From Staphylococcus virus IME1354_01: a stretch of DNA of 42,706 nucleotides. The position numbers and the translations under genes were made by a program. The notes beneath the pieces were generated by a model. It was not told where the DNA came from. It did no database searches and saw only the letters and a list, made by a program, of their open reading frames with translations. Shown here piece after piece: positions 35,205 through 42,706 of this stretch (the stretch's first letter is position 1; every line of letters begins with the position of its first letter). The stretch is from sequence record KY653126.1; one strand, written 5' to 3'.

Positions 35205-37820
35205 ATGAAACTATATATAGACTTCCCTATTGAACTAGGTCAAAATTTTAGATATAAAACAGTAGAAAACTTTAAACGTATCTTAGATAACTATAAGTAT
35301 CTTAATGAAGATATGAAGTATCATAGAGAAGAAGAAAAACATGCTCACAACTCAAAACAGATTGATTACAAGCTCTCAAATGTTCATGATGAATTGACTT
35401 ATCAAGATGGACGTATTGAGGGCTTAGTTATTGGTCATAATGGTGACGGTATAGAAGAAATTAAAGATAGTAGAACAGCTTTAGATGGTACTAATCAACC
35501 TTTACTATCTAAGCGTTTAAAATATGATTTTGAAATCATTAAAAACAAAATGGAAGAAAATTTTAATTATCTTAACAAGAAGATTGAACGTATTGTAAAC
35601 GTCAATGATTACGGTGCAGATCCAACAGGTGAACAAGATTCTACTAAAGCTTTTAAGCAGGCTGTACGAGGTGGCAACGTTCACGTTCATATGACAGCAG
35701 GTACTTACAAAGTTACTGGAATTAAATTACCAAATAACACTGTATTATCAGGTGAAGGTAAAGATATTACTACAATTAAATTTGCAGATGAAACACCTGC
35801 TGAGAACATTGTAATTACTAATGAAGATATGTCAGGCAATGCTCACAATATCGGTATCAAAGATTTTACAGTCAACGGCAATAAGTGGAGACAGAACAAG
35901 AAGTTCAATGCGGCAGGAGGATCATTATCGTCTAACGTTAGGTTTGCTGGTGTTAAACATGGCTTTGCAAACAACATTAAATCAATTGATGCATTATTAC
36001 ATGGTTTTGATATTACTTATGCCAGCGATGATTATTTCTATCAAGGTGATGGAGTAAGAGTTAATGAAGCTTTAGAAAGTAAATACATTCATATTGATAA
36101 CTGTGAAGCTAGTGGTTTTGGTGATGAAGGTATTACTACCCACCACTCAAGATATTTGTTAATCACTAATAACTACTTGCATCATGCTACAGGTGGTGGC
36201 AATAATAACGGTATTGAAATAGATGATGGTTCACAGCATATAATGTTAGATAATAACAAAACTGAAATGAACTATGGAGGAGTAGAGGTTAAAGCCCATG
36301 CTCCAGCTTCAGCTCCTAATAATGTTTTAATCAGTAACCACATGTCTATTCATGATTCAAGAGCATATAACTTACGTCACATTGGACATCATAGAGCAGG
36401 AGACCCTAAATCTAAAACAGCACACAGTTTAATGTTAAATAATTGTACAGCAATCGAACCTTATGATAATAAAGTTTATCCAAACACAACACCAAGAGCA
36501 TTAGTTATTTCTGCTTATAGAAACGTACAAATTAATAACTTTAGCGCAGTTGGTGATGGTAAATTTACAGCAAATCAACCAGTTATCGCCGTACAATTTA
36601 TGGCAGAAAATGTTATGTTTAACGGCATTAACGTAACTGGTTTTAAAAATGCTTCCACTGATATTAAATTATTTGGTGGTAAAAATAGAGGTAAAAAATT
36701 TACTATTACTAATGCAAATATTTGGAACTCATCTCAAAATATTGGTATAGCTGGTGGCGCGGGATTATATGATATCCGGATCATTAATGCAAATATACAA
36801 GGACAAGGAACAGGTAATGGTATAGAGTTATATAACCATACCGCTGAAATAATTGGTTGTCACGCAGATAATTATAAAAATCCAGCAGTAATTGGTGGAA
36901 ACCCTTATTCTACAGTGCCTACTTTCTTAAAAGGTGGATTTAACGGAGGCACAACGGGTTCTTCTGCTTTATCTAACCGTTCTGCAATATTTGCTTCTAC
37001 TGGTGGTTCGTTTGCACACAGCGCTCGTTCATGGGTAGCTGGCTCTGGTGCTAATTCACATGCATGGGGTTCACGTAGTGCTGTACTTAACTCATTGGAA
37101 TCAGAAACTACTAATGGAAATCATACACAAACAATATTGAACTCAAGAGGTATGAAAGTAGATAAAAACTACACTGTAGCAATGGGCTATGGTACAGATG
37201 GGCCTTCAACAGAAAACACAGGTATAGAATTTAGACCTATTAGCGGCAATGCATATTTCAAAGGTAAAATAACTTCAGGAAATAGCACAGGTGACTATGC
37301 AGAGTATTTTGAATCTCAATCAGGACAAGAAATCCCTAACGGATATTTAGTTACACTCGATGGAAGATATGTCCGAAAAGCTAACTTAAACGATACACCT
37401 ATCGGAGTTATTTCAGGGACAGCAGGAGTTATTCTTGGTGACCAAATGTTCCACCATAAAGAAAAATTCTTAAAAGATGAATTTGGTGTTACACAAACTG
37501 AATGGACTACTAAAGAGTGGCAAGATGATGAAGGTAAGTGGTACTCAGAAGAAGTAGAACTTCCTATCCCTAACCCTGATTGGAAAGAATCAGATAATAA
37601 ATATATAGACCGTTCGCAACGTCCTGAATGGAACGTAGTAGGTCTTGTAGGGCAAGTATATACTCGTATTGATTCAACAGTATCAGAGAACGACTATATC
37701 AAACCCAATAAAGGTATCGGTACTAAAGATAATAATAACGGTTTCTATAGAGTGTTAGAAATAACTACGCCGTATGATAATGAAAAAGGCTATGGTGTAG
37801 CAGTAGTGTTAATCAAATAG
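35205..37820 (+). CDS. Tail fibre / baseplate protein with pectate-lyase-type right-handed beta-helix, possible cell-wall glycopolymer depolymerase
   Basis: The Pectate_lyase_3-like start VNVNDYGADPTGEQDSTKAFKQAV is followed by many Gly/Asn-rich beta-helix repeats. The C-terminal segment GDYAEYFESQ resembles Peptidase_G2 and tail-spike C-termini. Confidence 0.65.
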   Translation: MKLYIDFPIELGQNFRYKTVENFKRILDNYKYLNEDMKYHREEEKHAHNSKQIDYKLSNVHDELTYQDGRIEGLVIGHNGDGIEEIKDSRTALDGTNQPLLSKRLKYDFEIIKNKMEENFNYLNKKIERIVNVNDYGADPTGEQDSTKAFKQAVRGGNVHVHMTAGTYKVTGIKLPNNTVLSGEGKDITTIKFADETPAENIVITNEDMSGNAHNIGIKDFTVNGNKWRQNKKFNAAGGSLSSNVRFAGVKHGFANNIKSIDALLHGFDITYASDDYFYQGDGVRVNEALESKYIHIDNCEASGFGDEGITTHHSRYLLITNNYLHHATGGGNNNGIEIDDGSQHIMLDNNKTEMNYGGVEVKAHAPASAPNNVLISNHMSIHDSRAYNLRHIGHHRAGDPKSKTAHSLMLNNCTAIEPYDNKVYPNTTPRALVISAYRNVQINNFSAVGDGKFTANQPVIAVQFMAENVMFNGINVTGFKNASTDIKLFGGKNRGKKFTITNANIWNSSQNIGIAGGAGLYDIRIINANIQGQGTGNGIELYNHTAEIIGCHADNYKNPAVIGGNPYSTVPTFLKGGFNGGTTGSSALSNRSAIFASTGGSFAHSARSWVAGSGANSHAWGSRSAVLNSLESETTNGNHTQTILNSRGMKVDKNYTVAMGYGTDGPSTENTGIEFRPISGNAYFKGKITSGNSTGDYAEYFESQSGQEIPNGYLVTLDGRYVRKANLNDTPIGVISGTAGVILGDQMFHHKEKFLKDEFGVTQTEWTTKEWQDDEGKWYSEEVELPIPNPDWKESDNKYIDRSQRPEWNVVGLVGQVYTRIDSTVSENDYIKPNKGIGTKDNNNGFYRVLEITTPYDNEKGYGVAVVLIK

Positions 37821-37830
37821 GAGTGATAAT

Positions 37831-39351
37831 GTGGAAAACGGTATAGACAAAAAAGCCTTATTTAAATTTAAATCTGAACCTTATTTAAAACCTATTTCTG
37901 ATTTGGGAGTAGGTTTTTACAATTTAGATGAAAACACAGCGATATTACGTTTTCAGTTAAGTAATTCAAAAGGTCCATTATTGATACACGAAAACAACTT
38001 AACAGCATATGCTTATTTTGAGTCAAGTAATGGGAGTGCTTCGGACGTTGTGGAATTAAACATTGAAGATAATTTCAATGGTATTGTGACAGTTACTTTA
38101 GATAAAGAGTTCTTACAAGCTTCGACTTCTACAACAGTAAAAGGTCAAGTTTATATTGGTGTTAATAATGTAGATGGAAACCCTGAATATAATGAGGTAG
38201 CTGTATTCAGAGAATTTACTTTCCAAGTAGCAGATGCATTAATTAATAAAATATCTTCATTCACTAAGATTGAATATATTCGTATGTTCAGTCAATTAAA
38301 AGAACGTATTGAACAACAAGTAAGGGATATTGAAGAAGCAATAGCTAACGGTGCTGATTATGTAGCAGAAATGAAATCAGTGTTACAAAAAGGTATAGAA
38401 ACACTTAATGCTATTGTTGATGATGGTAAAAAAGATATTCAATCTTATATTGATAAAACTAAAACTGATCTAACTAAAATTAAAGATAATGCTACAGAAG
38501 ATATAACTACTGTAGCTAACAACGCCAAATCAAGTGTTCAAGATACAGCATCAACAGCAGCAAATAGCATTAACACTAAAACTACAGAAGCTACTGAGCA
38601 TGTAGATGCAAAGGTTAATGAGTTTAATCAAACCGTTGAAGATAACGGGTTCTTAACACCTGATAAATTAACAGAAGATTTAACAGCTTTAAATTGGCAG
38701 AAGTATAAATTCACCGAAGATGACGGAACTATAAAATATTATACAAAAGGGACTATAACAGATATAACAGAACTCCCTCCAGGATTATACGAAACAGTTT
38801 CAGATGATGATGCGACAGAACAAGGAATTCCATTAAATAACAGTTATGTACAAATTAAAGTATGGGAGGCAGGAAGTGGGCGCAAAGAAATAGAACTTAC
38901 TTCTACTTTCAACTCTGAAAAATATTTCAGATTGTTTCACACAGACGGCACTAGAGACTCTGGGTGGAAGAAAATAAGTAACGACCAAACCGACACAGGT
39001 TGGATACCATTTAATTTAATAAACGGTGCTAAAACTAATAGTGCTTATGATTATGGCGGTCCTCGTAATGGTTTTGGCTGTGCTTATAGAACTATTAAAC
39101 GTGGTGATGTAACAGAAAGACATTTAAGAATAAATGGTTCTAATGTTAAAAATGGTCAAGTTATAGCACAACTACCTCCTAATTTTTGTAAAAATGTTCA
39201 AGTAGGATTTATAAGAGCTCCATTAGCTCACAATGGAACTAGCATTATTGTTGAAAATACTGGTGAGGTAAGAGTGTATGTTAATAATAGTGCAGAATGG
39301 GGAAACAGTGATGGTTATTATCTATACGGAGAAATTAGTTGGTTAGACTAG
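37831..39351 (+). CDS. Baseplate upper / receptor-binding protein-like (BppU-like N-terminus)
   Basis: The 506-aa product has the N-terminus LGVGFYNLDENTAILRFQL, a central coiled coil and a C-terminal beta-rich domain. Confidence 0.5.
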   Translation: MENGIDKKALFKFKSEPYLKPISDLGVGFYNLDENTAILRFQLSNSKGPLLIHENNLTAYAYFESSNGSASDVVELNIEDNFNGIVTVTLDKEFLQASTSTTVKGQVYIGVNNVDGNPEYNEVAVFREFTFQVADALINKISSFTKIEYIRMFSQLKERIEQQVRDIEEAIANGADYVAEMKSVLQKGIETLNAIVDDGKKDIQSYIDKTKTDLTKIKDNATEDITTVANNAKSSVQDTASTAANSINTKTTEATEHVDAKVNEFNQTVEDNGFLTPDKLTEDLTALNWQKYKFTEDDGTIKYYTKGTITDITELPPGLYETVSDDDATEQGIPLNNSYVQIKVWEAGSGRKEIELTSTFNSEKYFRLFHTDGTRDSGWKKISNDQTDTGWIPFNLINGAKTNSAYDYGGPRNGFGCAYRTIKRGDVTERHLRINGSNVKNGQVIAQLPPNFCKNVQVGFIRAPLAHNGTSIIVENTGEVRVYVNNSAEWGNSDGYYLYGEISWLD

Positions 39352-39365
39352 AAGGAGAGTGAAAA

Positions 39366-39770
39366 ATGGATTTCAAAAAAGTATTTTTATATGATGGGAC
39401 ACCTTATCTAGCATTTAAAAATGAAGATGGTGAGTACGATTATCCTAATGATGAATGGACTGAGGTAGCTCCTCCAGAAGGTATATACAGTCCGTTCTAT
39501 TTTAATGGTAATGAATGGATTGGCTCTACTAAAGAAGAGTATGAAGAATCACTTCCTAAGGAAGAAATATCACAACCATCAACATCTGAGCTAATGATGG
39601 CTAGTACTCAAATGCAGATAGCAGAAAGCTCATTCCAGTTAAGAGACACTCAAAAACAGTTGGCACAAAGCATGCTAGATGTTGCTGAGAAAGATAAACG
39701 TATTGAGCAATTAGAAGGACAACAAGCTAAAATATTATTAGAATTAGCGGAAATGAAAGGGGAAAAATAA
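39366..39770 (+). CDS. Conserved hypothetical 134-aa protein preceding lysis module
   Basis: The ORF has RBS AAGGAGAGTGA. Confidence 0.5.
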   Translation: MDFKKVFLYDGTPYLAFKNEDGEYDYPNDEWTEVAPPEGIYSPFYFNGNEWIGSTKEEYEESLPKEEISQPSTSELMMASTQMQIAESSFQLRDTQKQLAQSMLDVAEKDKRIEQLEGQQAKILLELAEMKGEK

Positions 39771-39771
39771 T

Positions 39772-39924
39772 ATGTTTCCAGGATTTGACAATATTAAATA
39801 TTTTTACGATAGAAATTGTTACACAAATGCACAAATCAAAAGATATGTAGAACTAGAGTGTATTACTAAAAAACAATATACAGAAATCACAGGTGAAGAT
39901 TATCCAGAAGAACCACAGGCTTAG
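39772..39924 (+). CDS. Small 50-aa XkdX-like protein (not in track)
   Basis: The translation is MFPGFDNIKYFYDRNCYTNAQIKRYVELECITKKQYTEITGEDYPEEPQA, and the gene is followed by a terminator. Confidence 0.45.
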   Translation: MFPGFDNIKYFYDRNCYTNAQIKRYVELECITKKQYTEITGEDYPEEPQA

Positions 39925-39937
39925 GCTTGTGGTTTTT
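39913..39937 (+). terminator. Rho-independent terminator (ccacaggc ttag gcttgtgg TTTTT)
   Basis: The 8-bp stem has one G-U pair and is followed by a T5 run. Confidence 0.6.
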
Positions 39938-39963
39938 AATTTGCATGAAAAGTAGGTGACAGA

Positions 39964-40335
39964 GTGAGTAGTGAAGGGAATCAAGATATTGAGCGTCGTG
40001 TCGGTATTTTGGAAGATAAAGACAGATATAACGACAAACGCTTAAGGAATATAGAAAGAACAATGAAAGAGGATAGAAAAGAAATAAATGAGTCTATCGA
40101 AAAACTTCATAACTCATTAAAAGAAATTGAAAAAGGACAACATACACAAGAAATAACCAATGTAAAAATGAATTACACATTAGATTCAATCAATCGTGAA
40201 AGAGAGATTGAGAGAGAAAACAAAGAAGAAAGTCGAAAAGAATTTAAGCAACTAAGGTGGTTAATATTAGGTACGATTTTCACTTTACTTAGTTCATTAA
40301 TTCTTGCAGCAATCAGAAGTTGGTTAGGTATTTGA
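39964..40335 (+). CDS. Coiled-coil protein with C-terminal TM anchor (123 aa), lysis-cassette accessory
   Basis: The gene has a GTG start after AGGTGA. The C-terminal hydrophobic segment is WLILGTIFTLLSSLILAAI. Terminators flank the gene on both sides. Confidence 0.55.
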   Translation: MSSEGNQDIERRVGILEDKDRYNDKRLRNIERTMKEDRKEINESIEKLHNSLKEIEKGQHTQEITNVKMNYTLDSINREREIERENKEESRKEFKQLRWLILGTIFTLLSSLILAAIRSWLGI

Positions 40336-40441
40336 AGGAGGTGAAAAAACTATGTTGGAATTTCTAAGTGAACAAATCGTTTTTGGCGCAAGTTTTTGGG
40401 AATGTTTTTGGTTTGGCAGTTGTAAATAATATTTAAATTAA

Positions 40442-40468
40442 AGTCGGCACTCATGTGTCGGCTTTTTA
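40442..40468 (+). terminator. Rho-independent terminator (agtcggcac tcat gtgtcggct TTTTT)
   Basis: The 9-bp stem has two G-U pairs and is followed by a T-run. Confidence 0.5.
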
Positions 40469-40484
40469 TTATGGAGGTAAACAA

Positions 40485-40967
40485 ATGAAAAGTATAAATT
40501 TCAAACTAAGATTAAAGAACGGATATACTGCCACAGGTTTATTAAGCACTTTGGTTATATTTCTAAAAGAAATCACAGGTGCATTTGGTTTAGATTTAAG
40601 TACACAAATAGACCAATACGCAAGTGGTGTCGGTGCTATCCTAGCATTTTTAACTGCAATTGGAGTTATTGTAGACGGTACATCTAAAGGGTTTAAAGAT
40701 ACTGGTATTGCAAAAACTTACGCTAAACCACGTGATGAAAATAAAAATCCAGTTGAGTATCAGAAAGTAGGTAGTGATAATTATGTTACACCAGAACGAA
40801 AAGAATTAACGCCTACAGAATTTGATACATCTGAACCGTTCACTGATAATACTGACGAAGTAGAATTTGATGTTGCAGATTATGAATATGATGAAGAATT
40901 GAAACGTGGTGCTAGTCGTTACCACGATGATGAAGTATTGAAAGTGAGTGATGAAGATGGTCGCTAA
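40485..40967 (+). CDS. Holin (phi11-type)
   Basis: It is similar to the phi11 holin as remembered ([16 protein letters not shown]...FGLDLSTQ...[20 protein letters not shown]), with two or three TM segments and a charged C-terminus. The ATG at 40485 follows GGAGG. Confidence 0.8.
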   Translation: MKSINFKLRLKNGYTATGLLSTLVIFLKEITGAFGLDLSTQIDQYASGVGAILAFLTAIGVIVDGTSKGFKDTGIAKTYAKPRDENKNPVEYQKVGSDNYVTPERKELTPTEFDTSEPFTDNTDEVEFDVADYEYDEELKRGASRYHDDEVLKVSDEDGR

Positions 40968-42393
40968 ATTAACAAAAAAAGAAGCTGTTAAATATTTGTA
41001 TTCACTAGAAGGTAAAGGCTGGGATTACGATTTAGCTTTTGGCTGGCAGTGCTTCGATTTGGCAAACAAATATTGGCATCAGTTATTTGGTCATGGATTG
41101 AAAGGCGCTGGTGCTGCTGACATTCCTAACGTGAATAACTTCAATGGTGAGGCCACTGTGTACAATAACACACCTAGTTTTAAAGCAGAAGAAGGTGACA
41201 TTGTTGTATTCAATCGCAATTACGGTGGTGGATATGGTCACGTAGCTATTGTTACAAAAGGTAATTATGATGGTAAATATATGCAATTCCAATCATTAGA
41301 TCAAAATTGGTTTGGCGGGGGAAGTGCAAAAACAGAGGTAGCTCAAAGAATTGTTCATAATTACGATTTTCCTATGTGGTTTATTCGCCCACATTATAAA
41401 TCAGAGAGTGCGAAAAAGGTTTCTACACAATCTGCTACTAAAAATACTACTAAGAAGAAAACAACGGCTAAAAAGAAAATGAAGAAATTAACTTATATTC
41501 GTGATGAAGTAAAAGGTTATCGCTTACCTAATCGTGGGTATAAGCCTAAAGGTATCGTTTTACACAACGACGCAGGAAGTGTAGGTGCTACTGCAGAAGC
41601 ATATCATCGTGGATTAGTTAATGCCCCTCTATCTCGTTTAGAGGCTGGTGTAGCGCATTCATATATAAGTGGGAACACAGTATACCAAGCGTTGCCAGAA
41701 AGCCGTATAGCGTGGCACACAGCTAATCAAAATGGTAATAAAAATTATTATGGTATTGAAGTATGTCAGTCTATTGGCGCAAGCGATAAAGTGTTTTTAG
41801 CGAACGAACAAGCGAGTTTTCAAGAAGCAGCAAGATTATTAAATAAGTGGGGGTTGAAAGCTAACCGCAATACCTGTAGACTGCATATGGAGTTTTCACA
41901 AACTAGCTGCCCACATCGATCTATGAAATTGCATACTGGTTTCGATCCAGTGACACAAGGTGTACCTTCGCAAGCAATTAAACTCAAACTTAAAGACTAC
42001 TTCATTAAGCAGATTAGAGCTTACCAAGCAGGCAAGGTACCGACAGCTACTGTGTCTAAAAACACAAGTTCTGCAAGTAACACTAAGTCAACTGTAGCAG
42101 GGGCATGGAAGCGCAACAGTTATGGTACATGGTATATGAGCGAGAAGGCACGTTTCACTAACGGTAGCCAACCAATCATGGTTAGAACAGTTGGACCATT
42201 CAGAAGTTGTCCACACGCTTACAATTTCCAACCTGGTGGATACTGTGATTATGATGAAGTGATGTTGCAAGATGGCCATGTATGGATCGGATATGATTGG
42301 AAGGGCAAACGTTACTACTTGCCTATTCGCACATGGAACGGGTCAAATCCTCCACATCATTCGGTAGGAAGTTTATGGGGAACAATTTCATAA
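40948..42393 (+). CDS. Endolysin: CHAP peptidase + N-acetylmuramoyl-L-alanine amidase (Amidase_2) + SH3b cell-wall-binding domain
   Basis: The CHAP domain has Cys/His ([12 protein letters not shown] ... GYGHVAIV). The amidase segment is [10 protein letters not shown]...[10 protein letters not shown]. The C-terminal SH3b-like region is [10 protein letters not shown]...GHVWIGYDW. The gene overlaps the holin 3' end. Confidence 0.9.
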   Translation: MMKMVAKLTKKEAVKYLYSLEGKGWDYDLAFGWQCFDLANKYWHQLFGHGLKGAGAADIPNVNNFNGEATVYNNTPSFKAEEGDIVVFNRNYGGGYGHVAIVTKGNYDGKYMQFQSLDQNWFGGGSAKTEVAQRIVHNYDFPMWFIRPHYKSESAKKVSTQSATKNTTKKKTTAKKKMKKLTYIRDEVKGYRLPNRGYKPKGIVLHNDAGSVGATAEAYHRGLVNAPLSRLEAGVAHSYISGNTVYQALPESRIAWHTANQNGNKNYYGIEVCQSIGASDKVFLANEQASFQEAARLLNKWGLKANRNTCRLHMEFSQTSCPHRSMKLHTGFDPVTQGVPSQAIKLKLKDYFIKQIRAYQAGKVPTATVSKNTSSASNTKSTVAGAWKRNSYGTWYMSEKARFTNGSQPIMVRTVGPFRSCPHAYNFQPGGYCDYDEVMLQDGHVWIGYDWKGKRYYLPIRTWNGSNPPHHSVGSLWGTIS

Positions 42394-42429
42394 AGTGTGG
42401 TATAATGTAGATACCACGTAATCATACTA

Positions 42430-42463
42430 GGGTAAGCACATAGTGGTGCTTGCCCTATTTTTA
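42430..42463 (+). terminator. Rho-independent terminator (gggtaagcac atagtg gtgcttgccc tattttta)
   Basis: The 10-bp stem has one G-U pair and is followed by a T-rich tail downstream of the endolysin. Confidence 0.6.
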
Positions 42464-42514
42464 TGTTATAATTTATTTACATGTATAATGCCTTTCTCAA
42501 ATTTTTTTATATCC

Positions 42515-42550
42515 ACCACCCACACATGTCACTGGGTGGTTGTTTTTTTA
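42515..42550 (+). terminator. Second terminator hairpin (accaccc …loop… gggtggt TGTTTTTTT)
   Basis: It has a 7-bp GC-rich stem and a T7 run, and a further hairpin cccacc ttat tggtggg lies at 42560-42580. Confidence 0.5.
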
Positions 42551-42582
42551 CATAAATAAACCCACCTTATTGGTGGGTCGCG

Positions 42583-42604
42583 TGTCAAATACGTGTCAAA
42601 ATGT
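42583..42604 (+). promoter_or_regulatory. Putative integrase arm-type binding site (cGTGTCAAATACGTGTCAAAat)
   Basis: It matches the motif at 52-71, differing at only 2 positions across the shared 20-mer GTGTCAAATAYGTGTCAAR, and has the same orientation relative to the core. Confidence 0.45.
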
Positions 42605-42692
42605 TTCTGTTTTGTTCTATTCCGTTCTAAAGTATATACTCTAAAATCCTTTAGTTATGCGGTTTTCGATTATATCCGAAAGTATACAAATG

Positions 42693-42706
42693 CCCTCACT
42701 CTCCGT
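42693..42706. repeat. att core direct repeat, right copy (attR side): ccctcactctccgt
   Basis: This is an exact 14-bp match to positions 1-14, and the preceding g at 42692 may extend the core. Confidence 0.7.

Larger units (their letters stand above)
1..42706. mobile_element. Complete temperate siphovirus prophage (cos-type, HK97-like head), integrase at left end, lysis module at right end
   Basis: The ends are identical 14-bp direct repeats. The gene content is entirely phage-like in modular order, running from the lysogeny module through replication, packaging, head and tail to lysis. The sequence is AT-rich. Confidence 0.85.

Noticed and set aside
40352-40430. 25-codon ORF MLEFLSEQIVFGASFWECFWFGSCK after RBS AGGAGG
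   Set aside because: It is very short and lies between a gene and a terminator. It could be a leader peptide, but there is no supporting evidence.
1-42706. CRISPR arrays, rRNA genes, IS elements, toxin or virulence cargo after the lysis module
   Set aside because: I saw no regularly spaced identical repeats with unique spacers and no transposase-like ORF. The 300 bp after the endolysin holds only hairpins and the att arm.

Overview
This window reads as one complete temperate siphovirus prophage of about 42.7 kb, and several features point to a staphylococcal host. These are the AT-rich sequence, a holin and CHAP-amidase-SH3b endolysin like those of phi11, an SNase-type motif and a Dut with an insertion. 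The prophage is delimited by an identical 14-bp direct repeat at the two window edges (positions 1-14 and 42693-42706), which I read as the att core. A tyrosine integrase sits at the left end. Gene order follows the modular staphylococcal pattern. On the minus strand lie int and a cluster of lysogeny-side accessory genes (an unknown 292-aa protein, a lipoprotein and an unknown 189-aa protein), then an ImmA-like gene and a cI-like repressor. The plus strand carries cro, then a recombination and replication block: a Sak/DUF1071-like annealing protein, SSB, an HNH/DUF968 protein, an iteron-bearing replisome organizer and a DnaB-type helicase. A long run of early 'moron' genes follows, including two orphan DNA methyltransferases of different families, YopX, an SNase-like protein and dUTPase. 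After a putative late activator comes a cos-type packaging module: a P-loop-HNH fusion, a GC-rich putative cos region, a P27-type TerS and TerL. The HK97-type head genes are portal, ClpP-like protease and capsid. The tail genes include a -1 frameshift chaperone pair, a 1885-aa tape measure with SLT and M23 domains, Dit, a Tal-like protein, a pectate-lyase-fold fibre and a BppU-like receptor-binding protein. Lysis genes (holin, endolysin) close the element. There are no CRISPR arrays, rRNA genes or obvious tRNAs. The most unusual observations are as follows. (1) Two pairs of exact 20-bp direct repeats sit at gene junctions and bracket exchangeable gene cassettes, one of which carries a methyltransferase. 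(2) Two orphan methyltransferases are present in one prophage. (3) An N-terminal P-loop NTPase domain is fused to the packaging HNH endonuclease. (4) The uncharacterised accessory cluster between int and the repressor, including a 292-aa gene whose ribosome-binding site lies back-to-back with that of a divergent small gene. (5) Near-identical 20-bp Int arm-type repeats (GTGTCAAATAYGTGTCAAR) occur at both ends. All functional names are inferred from motifs visible in the translations, and no database searches were run.
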